From positions 9 to 64,008 of the forward strand of contig JAFZKK010000149.1 of NCBI GenBank assembly GCA_017551905.1: a DNA stretch of 64,000 nucleotides, read 5' to 3'. The DNA comes from Salinivirgaceae bacterium. Its GTDB lineage: Bacteria > Bacteroidota > Bacteroidia > Bacteroidales > SZUA-534. The position numbers and the translations under genes were made by a program. The notes beneath the pieces were generated by a model that saw only the letters and a program-made list of their open reading frames with translations, had not been told where the DNA came from and made no database searches. Numbering within the stretch: the first letter of the stretch is position 1; each line of letters starts with the position of its first letter. This document shows, piece after piece, positions 44,546 through 54,694 of this stretch.

Positions 44546-46390
44546 ATGAAGGGCAACAGGTTTTTCAAGATTAGAGAGCTATTCACCAAATACTTCCTGA
44601 TTTTTCAAGATATATCGAGGAAGCTGGGAGTGTTGGTGGCCGGACTTTGCAATGTTGTGATAGTGTTGTGCGGCTTTTTGTTCGCCACGCTGTTCATTGC
44701 CAGGCTCGGTTTCTACAATCATCAGATTGTGCAGGACAATCTGATATCGCTTATGCGCAACATCTTGTTTGTGACCTATTGCGCCAAAATTTTCGTAACC
44801 TACATTGCCCGCAATCCCGACGGTACTATGCAGATTGTCAACCGGAAAGGGTGGGCGAGGTGGATTGACATTTCGGCAACGTTGCTTGCCACAATAGTGT
44901 TGTTCGCCAACACCCAGATATCTTGGTTTCAGCCGCTTAACGGCACATTTCTGTCGGGTTTTGTGGCCATATCGTTTGTGCTGGTTCTGATTTTCATATC
45001 GGAGTTCCACAAAGTGTCTAAGTTCTTGATGCTGGCCAAGTTATCGCCGCCGATGTTCTTTGCCATCAGCTTCCTGATACTTATTTTAATAGGCTCCGGC
45101 TTGCTAATGCTGCCCGACATCCGAATAGGCCAGATGAGTTATTTTGAGGCACTTTTCACCTCCACCAGCACCATTTGCGTGTCGGGTTTGTCGATAGTCG
45201 ATTTGCCGGCTACGCTTACGTTGAAGGGTAATTGCCTGTTGCTGGTTTTGTTTCAGGTTGGCGGTTTGGGCATTATGGTTTTCACAGGTTTGTTCGCATA
45301 CGCGTTTACCGGCAACGTGTCGTTCAAAGACCGTATGATGCTGAAAGACATGTTCTCATCAGAGGCCATGAGCGATGTCTTCGCCTTTCTGGCCAAAGTC
45401 ATTTCGATAACATTGCTTTTCGAGTTGATAGGCGCTGTTGTTATTTATCTGAGCATTGCCGAAAGCAATATTTCAAATCCGATATTCTTTTCGATATTCC
45501 ACTCTGTATCAGCATTTTGTAACTGTGGAATATCAACTTTGCCAAACGGTTTTGCCAATCCGCTGGTTGAAGGCAACAACATGTTTCTTTTGACGATAGC
45601 CATACTGACAACGTTTGGCGGCATCGGTTTCCCGGTTCTTATATCTATCTATCAGATAACGGCTTACAATACCCGCCGCTTGCTGCATCTGTCAACAAAC
45701 CATATTCCCAATGCCACAGGTTCGCACATGGCTACTCGCATTGCGCTCATCACCACTATTGCCATTCTGATAGTCGGCACGTTGAGCTATTATTGGCTCG
45801 AAATCAAGAACACGCTTGCCAGTGACGATTCGTTTACAAGCTGGGTGAAGTCGTTTTTCTGTTGCGCCACGGCTCGCACAGCCGGTTTCAACGTTTCCGA
45901 CGTTTCCAGCTGGAGTAACGGAACAATCGTTCTTATTATGGCAATAATGTGGATTGGCGCTTCGCCTGGCTCGACGGGCGGCGGCATAAAAACAACCACT
46001 TTCGCTTTGGCCGTATGCGCGATTGTCAGTTTTGTGCGTGGCAACCGCTATATTGAACTTGGTTATCATCGTATTGGTTTTGAGACAGTTCTGCGTGTGC
46101 TGGCGTTCATATTCATATCGCTTGTCGTTATTTTCAGTGCGTTTATTCTGTTCACCGTTTTTGAGCCCGACAAGAATCCTTTCGACTTGTTCTTCGACAC
46201 GGTGTCGGTTTACAGCACCACAGGCCTTTCGCTGATAGGCACCACCGAGCTTTCGATGCCATCGCGCGTGCTCACAATGATACTGATGTTTGTTGGCCGC
46301 GTTGGACCGCTGACATTGCTGTCGGGAATGTTTGTGTCGCGTAAGCCGAAATATGCTAAATATCCATATAAAAACTTGACAATAAACTAA
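44546..46390 (+). CDS. TrkH/KtrB-family potassium uptake membrane protein
   Basis: Polytopic protein with repeated pore-loop motifs (CVSGLS, FCNCGIS, ARTAGFN, YSTTGLS) typical of TrkH/KtrB. The start is uncertain because the ATG at 44546 abuts the terminator T-run. Confidence 0.8.
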   Translation: MKGNRFFKIRELFTKYFLIFQDISRKLGVLVAGLCNVVIVLCGFLFATLFIARLGFYNHQIVQDNLISLMRNILFVTYCAKIFVTYIARNPDGTMQIVNRKGWARWIDISATLLATIVLFANTQISWFQPLNGTFLSGFVAISFVLVLIFISEFHKVSKFLMLAKLSPPMFFAISFLILILIGSGLLMLPDIRIGQMSYFEALFTSTSTICVSGLSIVDLPATLTLKGNCLLLVLFQVGGLGIMVFTGLFAYAFTGNVSFKDRMMLKDMFSSEAMSDVFAFLAKVISITLLFELIGAVVIYLSIAESNISNPIFFSIFHSVSAFCNCGISTLPNGFANPLVEGNNMFLLTIAILTTFGGIGFPVLISIYQITAYNTRRLLHLSTNHIPNATGSHMATRIALITTIAILIVGTLSYYWLEIKNTLASDDSFTSWVKSFFCCATARTAGFNVSDVSSWSNGTIVLIMAIMWIGASPGSTGGGIKTTTFALAVCAIVSFVRGNRYIELGYHRIGFETVLRVLAFIFISLVVIFSAFILFTVFEPDKNPFDLFFDTVSVYSTTGLSLIGTTELSMPSRVLTMILMFVGRVGPLTLLSGMFVSRKPKYAKYPYKNLTIN

Positions 46391-46405
46391 TTAAAATCTA
46401 TTGCG

Positions 46406-47080
46406 ATGAAATTTATAGTTATCGGTTTGGGTTATTTTGGTGCAACATTAGCCACCCGTCTGACCGAACAAGGACACGAAGTAATCGGCATCGACAACCG
46501 TTATGAGCGCATTGATGAGCTTAAAAACCAGATTACCAGCGTGATGGAAATGGAGGCGACCAACGAGAACGCCTTGAAGACATTGCCGCTGAACGATACC
46601 GACGCTGTGATTGTGGCCATTGGCGAGGATATAGGCTCGTCAATCCTGTCGCTTTCGATATTGAAAAAACTTGGTGTGAAAAACATTATCGGCCGCATAA
46701 TCAGCCCGATACACAAGAATATCCTGAATCAGATTGGCATCGACAACACAGTCCATCCCGAGTCGCAGACAGCCGTGCTGATAAGTCTTCAGTTGCAGAT
46801 AAAAAACGCATTGAAAATCACCGAGATAGACGCCAACAATGTGATTGTGGAGTTCCGTGTGCCGCAAAAATACCTGACACACACGCTGGGAACTGCAAAC
46901 TTCAACTCGCGTTTCAAACTGAAAGTTATCGCTGTTAAATCGCAGGAAAAGAAGGGGTTACTGTCGCGCGACCAGATAAAGACAACGCTCATGCCCGATG
47001 ACAACTACATCTTCCGCGAGAACGACATCATAGTGCTTATGGGCGCTCTTGACGATATGAAACGTTTTGCGGCTGATTAA
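46406..47080 (+). CDS. TrkA/KtrA-family potassium uptake regulatory protein (RCK N + C domains)
   Basis: NAD-binding fold MKFIVIGLGYFGATLATRL...EVIGID. About 224 aa. It lies directly downstream of the trkH-like gene. Confidence 0.85.
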   Translation: MKFIVIGLGYFGATLATRLTEQGHEVIGIDNRYERIDELKNQITSVMEMEATNENALKTLPLNDTDAVIVAIGEDIGSSILSLSILKKLGVKNIIGRIISPIHKNILNQIGIDNTVHPESQTAVLISLQLQIKNALKITEIDANNVIVEFRVPQKYLTHTLGTANFNSRFKLKVIAVKSQEKKGLLSRDQIKTTLMPDDNYIFRENDIIVLMGALDDMKRFAAD

Positions 47081-47124
47081 TTGACAGATAAACAATGAAT
47101 TAACCATCCGAAAATAATCGACTG

Positions 47125-48081
47125 ATGAGAAAAATACTATTACTGACATTTTGTGCGTTTTTGTCGCAATTGTCTGTTGCTCAAAGACAAACGCGAGCAC
47201 AATACATCGATAAATACAACAAGATAGCTGTCCGCGAGATGCAACGCGTGGGCATTCCGGCAAGCATAACGTTGGCGCAGGGTATTCTGGAGTCGGGCGA
47301 CGGCAACAGCACGCTGGCACGGAAAGCCAACAACCACTTCGGTATCAAGTGCCACAAGGACTGGAAAGGTGAGTCGATGTACCGCGACGATGACCGCCCA
47401 AACGAGTGCTTCCGTTCGTATAAAGATGCCAATCAGTCGTTTGTCGACCATTCGGAATTTCTTTGCACCCATCAGCGTTACGCGTTTCTTTTCGAATACG
47501 GCACCACTGATTATAAAAAGTGGGCAAAAGGCTTGAAACAAGCAGGTTACGCAACCAGCCCCACATACGCCGATCGCTTGATTCAGATTATCGAACAGAA
47601 CAACCTGCAACGTTTCGACAAGGCGGTAAAGCCCGAATCGACGCCTGAGGAGCGGACGGAGATTGCCGAACAAACCAACAACTTCATCGAGGTTGATGTG
47701 AACGATATGGAGGTTTCGCCATTCGGTAACATCAAAACCAACAACGGAGTTGATTACGTTGAGGTGCTTCCGGGAGACAACATTGAGTCTGTTGCCGCAC
47801 GTTACGAGTTGGAACCGTGGCAGTTACGAATGTTCAACGATTTTGATTCAAAATCCGTCAAGCTGAAAACAGGTCAACGTTTGTATATCAGCCGCAAACA
47901 ATCGAAAGCCGAAAAGCAATACAAAACTCACACTGTGAAGAAAGGCGAGACAATGCATAGCATATCACAGCAGTACGCCATTCGCTTGAAAGCGCTTTAC
48001 AAACTCAACTTGATGGAGGAAGGCTCGCAACCTAACGAGGGTGATGTATTGCAGTTGAGGAAGAAGGCGAAGAAGAAATAA
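47125..48081 (+). CDS. peptidoglycan hydrolase: glucosaminidase (FlgJ/LytD-like) domain + two LysM domains
   Basis: GIPASITLAQGILESGDGNSTLARKANNHFGIK is the glucosaminidase motif. The LysM repeats are YVEVLPGDNIESVAARYELEPWQLRMFN and HTVKKGETMHSISQQYAIRLKALYKLN. Confidence 0.85.
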   Translation: MRKILLLTFCAFLSQLSVAQRQTRAQYIDKYNKIAVREMQRVGIPASITLAQGILESGDGNSTLARKANNHFGIKCHKDWKGESMYRDDDRPNECFRSYKDANQSFVDHSEFLCTHQRYAFLFEYGTTDYKKWAKGLKQAGYATSPTYADRLIQIIEQNNLQRFDKAVKPESTPEERTEIAEQTNNFIEVDVNDMEVSPFGNIKTNNGVDYVEVLPGDNIESVAARYELEPWQLRMFNDFDSKSVKLKTGQRLYISRKQSKAEKQYKTHTVKKGETMHSISQQYAIRLKALYKLNLMEEGSQPNEGDVLQLRKKAKKK

Positions 48082-48109
48082 TTGTATTTTATTGTAAAAT
48101 AGAAGAATT

Positions 48110-48541
48110 ATGAAAGCACGGAACTTGTTTTGTGTGGTTTTATTTCTCGGTTTGCTTTCGTGTGAAAAGCATGAAGGAAATTCATCAAATTCCGAATCAG
48201 CCATTGAAATCGCAGGAGATTGGAAAATAGTTAGTATTTCAGGTGGAATAACAGGCCGTGCAATTGTCTCAAGTTATTTTAAATACTTAAGTATCAGGCC
48301 TAATGGTGAGTTCCTCTTTTCAAATGATACAGCCATACTTGCAATTGGTAATATTAAAACCGAAACCGATTCGCGTAACGATGTATGGTATTATTTTGAT
48401 GTGGATAGCACAAAATATTTGCCTATAGTGCCATTGCCAACACATTTCCCTAAAACGGTCTTACAAATTGATTCTGAAAATTTGGTTTTGGCCGACCCTT
48501 GCTGCGATTTATACTCATATATATTCGTTAAAAAGGAGTGA
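48110..48541 (+). CDS. small hypothetical lipoprotein
   Basis: Lipobox LGLLSC. More AT-rich than its neighbours. No recognisable family. Confidence 0.5.
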   Translation: MKARNLFCVVLFLGLLSCEKHEGNSSNSESAIEIAGDWKIVSISGGITGRAIVSSYFKYLSIRPNGEFLFSNDTAILAIGNIKTETDSRNDVWYYFDVDSTKYLPIVPLPTHFPKTVLQIDSENLVLADPCCDLYSYIFVKKE

Positions 48542-48620
48542 TTGTATGTTGAAGCAATGTGTCGTCAGTGCGAAAAATCTATGCAAAACCATTCAATCTG
48601 TGTAATCCGCATTCTAAATC

Positions 48621-49601
48621 CTAATTCCTAAATCCTAACTCACAACCTTCCGTCTTAAACCCACGCAGAAAATCCGCCACAGGCATACGTTTTTTGCCGG
48701 CAAGTTGAACGTCGGCAAGGGCAATGGTGCCGCCATTGACATACACCTTAAACGTGTTTTTGCCGTCGGTGTTGACTTTGCCAAACGGTTGGTTGTGAGC
48801 GCATTGCTCGAATTTGGCAGTAAAAATCTTCATTGGCAGGGGTTCTTCGTCGCCGCGTTGCAGATTGCTGAAAGCGGCAGGATAGGGGCTTAAGCCGCGA
48901 ATTTGGTTGATGATTGTTTGTGGCTCGGCGTTCCAATTGATGCGGCAGTCGTCTTTGAAAATCTTTGGTGCGCTTTTCAGAATTCCGTCGGCGGGCATAA
49001 GGTCGCTTTGAGGCGTGCCGTGGGTGTTGTCAGCGCAAATCTGTTCAACGGTTTTGATGAGCAGTCCGGCACCAATCGTCATTAGGCGGTCGTGGAGCGT
49101 GCCGGCGTTGTCGTCGGGAGTGATGGGCGTGCGCTCGAATTGCAGAATGTCGCCCGTGTCAATCTCGTGTTTCAGCAGGAACGTGGTGACGCCCGATTCT
49201 GTCTCGCCGTTCATAATGGCGCGGTTGATGGGCGCGGCGCCGCGATAGTTGGGCAGGAGCGAGGCGTGCACATTGATTGAGCCCAATGGCGGCATTGACC
49301 ACACGCTCTCGGGCAACATTCGAAACGCCACAATCACCTGCAAATCGGCCTTCCAATTGCGCAGAGCCGACTGAAAATCAGCGTCTTTCAACTTCTCGGG
49401 TTGCAGTACGGGCAGACCTTTGCTCACCGCGAATTGCTTCACGGCACTTTCGCTCAATTTCTGTCCGCGGCCGGCAGGCTTGTCGGGTGTGGTGACCACC
49501 CCAACCACGTTGTACCCATTATCAATCAACGCTTTAAGGCTCTCAACCGCAAAGTCGGGCGTGCCCATAAAAACTATTCTCAACGACTCTTTAGTATACA
49601 T
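48621..49601 (-). CDS. fmt: methionyl-tRNA formyltransferase
   Basis: RIVFMGTPDFAV...VVTTPDKPAGRGQK...NVHASLLPNYRGAAPIN are hallmark Fmt motifs. The ATG at 49601 is preferred (the track start at 49607 is a TTG). Confidence 0.9.
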   Translation of the reverse strand: MYTKESLRIVFMGTPDFAVESLKALIDNGYNVVGVVTTPDKPAGRGQKLSESAVKQFAVSKGLPVLQPEKLKDADFQSALRNWKADLQVIVAFRMLPESVWSMPPLGSINVHASLLPNYRGAAPINRAIMNGETESGVTTFLLKHEIDTGDILQFERTPITPDDNAGTLHDRLMTIGAGLLIKTVEQICADNTHGTPQSDLMPADGILKSAPKIFKDDCRINWNAEPQTIINQIRGLSPYPAAFSNLQRGDEEPLPMKIFTAKFEQCAHNQPFGKVNTDGKNTFKVYVNGGTIALADVQLAGKKRMPVADFLRGFKTEGCELGFRN

Positions 49602-49615
49602 ATTCAATAGTGTTT

Positions 49616-49630
49616 TTTCCGTGTTTTAGT
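49616..49630. repeat. half-copy of the intergenic element (TTTCCGTGTTTTAGT)
   Basis: It matches the first half of the 30-nt element found at 29059 and 49662. Confidence 0.7.
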
Positions 49631-49661
49631 AAGGCGTTTACGCCATTTTTGAAAATAATGA

Positions 49662-49691
49662 TTTCCGTGTTTTTAGTGCGTTCCGTGGTAA
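49662..49691. repeat. 30-nt intergenic element, copy B (TTTCCGTGTTTTTAGTGCGTTCCGTGGTAA)
   Basis: 28/30 identical to 29059-29088. It lies between a terminator (49712-49738) and the fmt start. Confidence 0.9.
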
Positions 49692-49711
49692 AATCTGTGC
49701 GAAAATCTAAC

Positions 49712-49738
49712 AAAAAAGGCCGCACGCGGCAGCCTTTT
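49712..49738 (-). terminator. rho-independent terminator after the GH16-like gene
   Basis: The minus strand reads AAAAGGCTGC-CGCGT-GCGGCCTTTTTT: a 6-bp GC-rich stem (one G-U pair) followed by a T6 run. Confidence 0.6.
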
Positions 49739-49758
49739 CTGTTTGTATCTTTTTGATA

Positions 49759-51198
49759 TTATGCCTTTTCGTAGCAGCGAACCCAATCAATTTGCATTGC
49801 AGCCGGCAGATTGTCGGCATCTTTATTCAAGCCAGCCGACAGCATTATGAATAAAGGCTCGTTGATGTTGTTAGTTGCAGAAGCAACCTCGTAACCATTT
49901 ATTTTCCAGCTGATTTTGTCGGCCGTCCAATCAACGGTGTAGATGAAGAAATCTTTTGCCAGACCCGAGCCGCCGAATTTGTTGCCTGCGGCAGCGCCCT
50001 TGTTGTAGGCTGACAATTGCATCTGACCTTTTTTGATGTTGTATTTGAAAATGTCAATTTCAGGTTCCTTGTTTTCGCCTTTCAGCCAGAAAGCTTGATA
50101 TACAGGTGCTTCTGCGTTTATTTTTATTTTGGCCTCGAAGCGTCCGTATTGCTGGCGGAAGCTGTTGGCGGTGCTCAGCAAGCCCGAAGTGTAGTCGAAA
50201 TCCTGTGTGAAGAAGCCGTGTTTTGCGTCCCAAACCTTGCCGTTGGCTTTCTCTTTTTTGGTGACGATGCTCAAAACCGAGTTTTTGATGTCTACGTTCT
50301 TGTTGTCAGTGTAATACTGTTTGTCACCGGCCAGCACGTAGCGGTCGTTCAGCATCATCTTGCCCCAGAAGAATGAGTTCATCCACTTCTTCTCGTCAAC
50401 TTTTGCCTCGTCAAAATTGTCCTCAAAGGTTAGTTTCCAAGCGTTCAGCTCGTCAAATTTGTTCGAGTTGACGGTGGCCTGATACCATTTTATCTCTTCT
50501 GAGTTCTGCATCTCGATGAACTGTTGCTCGCGTTTGGCCTCATCTGTTTTGCTAAAGCGGTCTTTGTCAAGAAGATAGGCTTTCTGAGTTTTGAACTCCT
50601 CTGAGTTGACGTATGTTTTAAGTTCTTCGTAATCAGCAATCAACGACGAGTTGCTGGTTTCGACATACATCTTGTAAGCCGATTTTTTCTGGTATTTTGT
50701 CCAGAATTTTATTTCCGAATTCTTTGTCAGCGATTTGTATTCCTGTTGCAGGCTTTTGCATTCGGCCATTTTCTCCGGATTCGATTTGTCCGATTTTGCC
50801 TGTTGGAAGTCGGCGCTGTTGACAGTCTCGGCCAATTCCTTCATGCGTTTCAGCGCATCGGAGTTGGCGGCAGATTCAAATCGTTTTAAATCAGCCGATT
50901 GGCTTACACTGAAATAGTTCTTCACGCGTTTGTCCTTCTCAAGCGCAATGTATTGCTGTTCCTTTTTATAATATTCAGAATCAGCGTATTTGAGCGAGGT
51001 AACATCGCTTTTTATTTTCTTGAATTCAGCCGAATCGACATATTCCTGCAACTTGTTGAAGGTTTTCAGCGTGTCTGATTTCTTAAACTCCTCCAACCTA
51101 TTGTATTCATCGATAAGCTGTTTGCGGTCGTTTTCTATTTTTTCTGTTTTTGGCAGCAGGCCAAATGCTAAACGCAGTGCGAAACTGAAATTTGCCAT
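49759..51198 (-). CDS. protein with N-terminal helical repeats and C-terminal GH16-fold (concanavalin-A-like) domain
   Basis: The C-terminal ~230 aa have GH16-like strands (YTSGLLST...YGRFEAKIK...AFWLKG...PEIDIFKY...YTVDWTADKISWKINGYEV...IDWVRCY). The N-terminus has recurring NS[AE][DE]F[KQ] motifs. No signal peptide is evident. Confidence 0.55.
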   Translation of the reverse strand: MANFSFALRLAFGLLPKTEKIENDRKQLIDEYNRLEEFKKSDTLKTFNKLQEYVDSAEFKKIKSDVTSLKYADSEYYKKEQQYIALEKDKRVKNYFSVSQSADLKRFESAANSDALKRMKELAETVNSADFQQAKSDKSNPEKMAECKSLQQEYKSLTKNSEIKFWTKYQKKSAYKMYVETSNSSLIADYEELKTYVNSEEFKTQKAYLLDKDRFSKTDEAKREQQFIEMQNSEEIKWYQATVNSNKFDELNAWKLTFEDNFDEAKVDEKKWMNSFFWGKMMLNDRYVLAGDKQYYTDNKNVDIKNSVLSIVTKKEKANGKVWDAKHGFFTQDFDYTSGLLSTANSFRQQYGRFEAKIKINAEAPVYQAFWLKGENKEPEIDIFKYNIKKGQMQLSAYNKGAAAGNKFGGSGLAKDFFIYTVDWTADKISWKINGYEVASATNNINEPLFIMLSAGLNKDADNLPAAMQIDWVRCYEKA

Positions 51199-51285
51199 GT
51201 TTTATCGTGTTTTTTATGTGTGCAAATATAAAATAAGTTGAACAAGTTGACTCAAAACTTAAAACTTAAATGCTTATAACATCAT

Positions 51286-52500
51286 TTACATCGCCTTAGG
51301 CATCGTAAAAAAGAACGTGCTTCCGCTGTCTTTAGTGCTTGTGGCCCAGATTTTTCCGTTGTTTTTCTCGACAAATTCCTTGCAGAGAATCAGTCCGAGT
51401 CCGGTGCCTTCAAGCTCGTTGTTTTCGTTGTGGCTCAGGGTGCGGCTGTCGATGCGGAACACCTTAGCCAGCTGTTCCTCGTCCATTCCGGGGCCTTGGT
51501 CGGCAATGCTGACCTCCACCATGTCGTCTTCAACCTCGCGCGCCTTGATTGTGATAGAGCTGTTTTGCGGACTGAATTTCAGTGCGTTCGACACAATGTT
51601 GCGAATCACAAACGTAGTCATATCCTGGTCGGCGTAAATGTCGAGATACGGGTCGGCTTCAGTGTCGATGTTGATGTTTTTCTCTTTGATGACGCCAGCT
51701 TGTTGCTCTACAACGCTGTTTATGACGCTGTTAAGGTTGACGCTCTTGAAGTTGATTTTTATCTGTCCGGTCTGCGAGCGCGCCCATTGCAGCAGGTTCT
51801 CGAGCAGGCCGAAAATCTTGTGCGAGTAGAAGTTTATCTGTTTGATGTACTCGTGGTCTTTGTGCGGATTCGATTGGTATATCCCGCTCAGCATCAGGTC
51901 GGTAATGTTGATGATAGCCGAGAACGGGTTCTTCAGGTCGTGCGAGATTATTGTGAAGAATTTGTCTTTGGCGGCGTTTTTCTGTTCCAGTTCGTTTTTC
52001 TGTTTCTCCAGATTACGCTTCTCAACTACAAGTTTCTCCTGTTCTTTTTGTATCTCGTTGGCTTTCTGAGTCATAGCCTCCTCACGGTTGTTGAAGTTGC
52101 GCAGGCGGCCCAGCAGCGAAATCATCATCTTCTCCCAAAGGTCGGGGCGTTGCGCCACCACTTGGCTGAACCTTTCGCGTGTCAGAATCAGGAACGTTGA
52201 GCCGTGCAGTGTTGTCACACTGGTTGAGCGTGGCGACTCGTCGATGAGCGCGTATTCGCCAAAATATTGGCGGCTGTTGAGTGTGGCAAAGGTATGCTCG
52301 CCATTGTGGATTTTCACGCTTCCGTCGACAATTATGTACATCGATTTGCCCGGCGACCCTTTGGCAAACAAAAGCTCATCTTTCTTATAATGAACCTCTT
52401 TCATGTTGCTTGCCATGGCTGTGAGCGCATCCTCGTCAAAGTCGCGGAACAATTCAACCTGGCGGAGCAGCATAATCGATTTCTGAATATCATCTTGCAT
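51286..52500 (-). CDS. cyclic-nucleotide-binding-domain sensor histidine kinase
   Basis: cNMP-binding domain (LFAKGSPGKSMYIIVDGSVKI...FGEYALIDESPRSTSV), coiled coil, H-box FFTIISHDLKNPF, and HATPase (NALKFS, DQGPGMD, GTGLGL). The ATG at 52500 is preferred over the GTG at 52506. Confidence 0.85.
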   Translation of the reverse strand: MQDDIQKSIMLLRQVELFRDFDEDALTAMASNMKEVHYKKDELLFAKGSPGKSMYIIVDGSVKIHNGEHTFATLNSRQYFGEYALIDESPRSTSVTTLHGSTFLILTRERFSQVVAQRPDLWEKMMISLLGRLRNFNNREEAMTQKANEIQKEQEKLVVEKRNLEKQKNELEQKNAAKDKFFTIISHDLKNPFSAIINITDLMLSGIYQSNPHKDHEYIKQINFYSHKIFGLLENLLQWARSQTGQIKINFKSVNLNSVINSVVEQQAGVIKEKNINIDTEADPYLDIYADQDMTTFVIRNIVSNALKFSPQNSSITIKAREVEDDMVEVSIADQGPGMDEEQLAKVFRIDSRTLSHNENNELEGTGLGLILCKEFVEKNNGKIWATSTKDSGSTFFFTMPKAM

Positions 52501-52657
52501 AAACACGTGTTTTTACATCTCCTAAAAATAAAGAAACTTAGGTAGAAACTTCAAAAAAAAGAGATTTTATTTGATAATATTCCGATAAATGCAGAAAAAC
52601 GGAACTTTTCCGCTTGTGTCTTGCATTTTTTTGTAGATTTAGTAAAATTTTGAAGAT

Positions 52658-54694
52658 ATGAAAGTGCCAAAAATTGTTAAGGACGACCCTTGGTTGAATC
52701 CTTACCGACAAGTAATTACAGACAGAATGCAGCACTGCGCCGATGTTGAGGCTCACTTGACAGGCGGCGGCAAACAGTCGCTTTACGATTTCGCCAACGG
52801 CTATATGTATTACGGTACTTTTTGCGACGGACAGACAACGACAATCCGCGAATGGCTGCCCAACGCAATGCGCGTGACGCTCATAGGCGACATAAACGGC
52901 TGGCAGGAGAGTGCCGATTACGATTTCAAACCGCTCGACGGCGGCAACTGGGAGTTGAAACTGCCGGCGGCAAAGTTCGGGCACGGCTCCATTTTCCGTC
53001 TGAAAGTTTACTGGAACGGCGGCGAGGGCGAGCGCATTCCGGCTTGGTCGCGCAGGGTGGTGCAGGATTCGAAAACCAATATCTTCAGCGCGCAGGTGTG
53101 GTGTCCGCCGCAGCCTTACGAGTGGAAATGCACCGAGCGTCCGAAAGCCGACGAGCCTTTCATCTACGAGGTGCACGTGGGCATGGCGGGCGAGAAGGAG
53201 GCCGTGAGCACATTCAACGATTTTCGCCGCGATGTGCTGCCGCGCGTCATCAAGCTTGGCTACAACACCATTCAGATGATGGCCATTCAGGAGCATCCTT
53301 ACTACGGCTCGTTCGGCTATCATGTGTCGAGTTTCTTTGCCGTCTCGTCGCGGTTTGGCACGCCTGACGACCTCAAGGCGCTCATCGACGAATGTCACCA
53401 GAATGGCATCCGTGTGGTTATGGATTTGGTTCATTCTCATGCAGTTAAAAACGAAAACGAAGGTCTTGGCCTTTACGACGGAACACGCTATCAGTTCTTC
53501 CACAGTGGCGACCGAGGCGTGCATCCGGCGTGGGATTCGTACTGTTTCAATTACGGAAAAGACGAGGTTATCCATTTCCTTCTGTCGAACATAAAATATT
53601 GGCTCGAGGAGTTCCATTTCGACGGTTTCCGTTTCGATGGCGTTACCAGCATGATTTATCTGAATCATGGTCTGGGCGAGGATTTTACGTCGTATGAGCT
53701 TTATTTCAACGGCGCGCAGGACGAGGACGCCATTGTTTATCTGATGCTTGCCAACAAACTGATAAAGCAAGTCAATCCGGAATCGATATCGATTGCCGAG
53801 GAGATGAGCGGTTATCCGGGCTTGGCAATGCCTTTGGCCGACGGCGGTGTCGGTTTCGATTACCGTCTGGCTATGGGAATCCCCGATATGTGGATTAAAG
53901 TGCTGAAAGAGAGCCCGAACGATGAGTCGTGGGACTTGGGGCACATTTATCACGAACTGACTTCGAAGCGCGCCGATGAGCGGACAATCTCGTATGCCGA
54001 GTCGCACGACCAGGCGCTTGTGGGCGATAAGACCATGGCTTTCTGGCTGATGGACAAGGAGATGTATTTCAGCATGCTTGTCACGACGCAGAATCTGCAA
54101 ATCGACCGAGGCATCGCCTTGCATAAGATGATAAGATTGCTGACAATGGCAACGGCCGGCGGCGGCTATTTGAACTTTATGGGCAATGAGTTTGGACATC
54201 CCGAATGGATTGATTTTCCACGTGAGGGCAACAACTGGTCGTATAAATACGCCATGCGCCAATGGAGCCTTGCCGACCGCGACGACTTGAAATACAAATA
54301 CTTGGATGCTTTCGATGTTGCAATTGTGCATCTTCTTCGCGAGCGTCATTTGCTCAAGATTTTCCCGTTCTATGCGCAGCTGGTGAGCCAGGAGAATATG
54401 GTGCTGTCGTTCTCGCGTGGCGATTTGCTGTTTGTCTTCAATTTCCACCCGACGCGCAGCTACACCGATTTCGAGATACCGGTTGTCGAGGGCAAATACA
54501 AGATATTGCTCAGCACCGACGAACTGCAGTTTGGCGGTTTCGGCCGCATCGACGAGGCTATGTCGTACCCGACATCGGTTGCCAGCGTTGACGATAAATC
54601 GACTATAAAACTCTATATACCAGCGCGTTCGGCAATCGTTTTGCAACGGCAGTTTATACCTAATGTTTATCAGCGGTTGCTGGGGAAAAAGTAA
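52658..54694 (+). CDS. glgB: 1,4-alpha-glucan branching enzyme (GH13)
   Basis: GH13 conserved regions are VVMDLVHSHAV, GFRFDGVTSM, IAEEMSG and YAESHDQ. The length is typical of a branching enzyme, with an N-terminal E-set region. Confidence 0.9.
   Translation: MKVPKIVKDDPWLNPYRQVITDRMQHCADVEAHLTGGGKQSLYDFANGYMYYGTFCDGQTTTIREWLPNAMRVTLIGDINGWQESADYDFKPLDGGNWELKLPAAKFGHGSIFRLKVYWNGGEGERIPAWSRRVVQDSKTNIFSAQVWCPPQPYEWKCTERPKADEPFIYEVHVGMAGEKEAVSTFNDFRRDVLPRVIKLGYNTIQMMAIQEHPYYGSFGYHVSSFFAVSSRFGTPDDLKALIDECHQNGIRVVMDLVHSHAVKNENEGLGLYDGTRYQFFHSGDRGVHPAWDSYCFNYGKDEVIHFLLSNIKYWLEEFHFDGFRFDGVTSMIYLNHGLGEDFTSYELYFNGAQDEDAIVYLMLANKLIKQVNPESISIAEEMSGYPGLAMPLADGGVGFDYRLAMGIPDMWIKVLKESPNDESWDLGHIYHELTSKRADERTISYAESHDQALVGDKTMAFWLMDKEMYFSMLVTTQNLQIDRGIALHKMIRLLTMATAGGGYLNFMGNEFGHPEWIDFPREGNNWSYKYAMRQWSLADRDDLKYKYLDAFDVAIVHLLRERHLLKIFPFYAQLVSQENMVLSFSRGDLLFVFNFHPTRSYTDFEIPVVEGKYKILLSTDELQFGGFGRIDEAMSYPTSVASVDDKSTIKLYIPARSAIVLQRQFIPNVYQRLLGKK

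Noticed and set aside
44507-44548. The trkH-like start codon abutting the terminator T-run, as a possible attenuator or regulated read-through.
   Set aside because: There is no alternative structure or leader to support attenuation. Either read-through from the upstream gene or a mis-chosen start is more likely. I cannot distinguish these from sequence alone.
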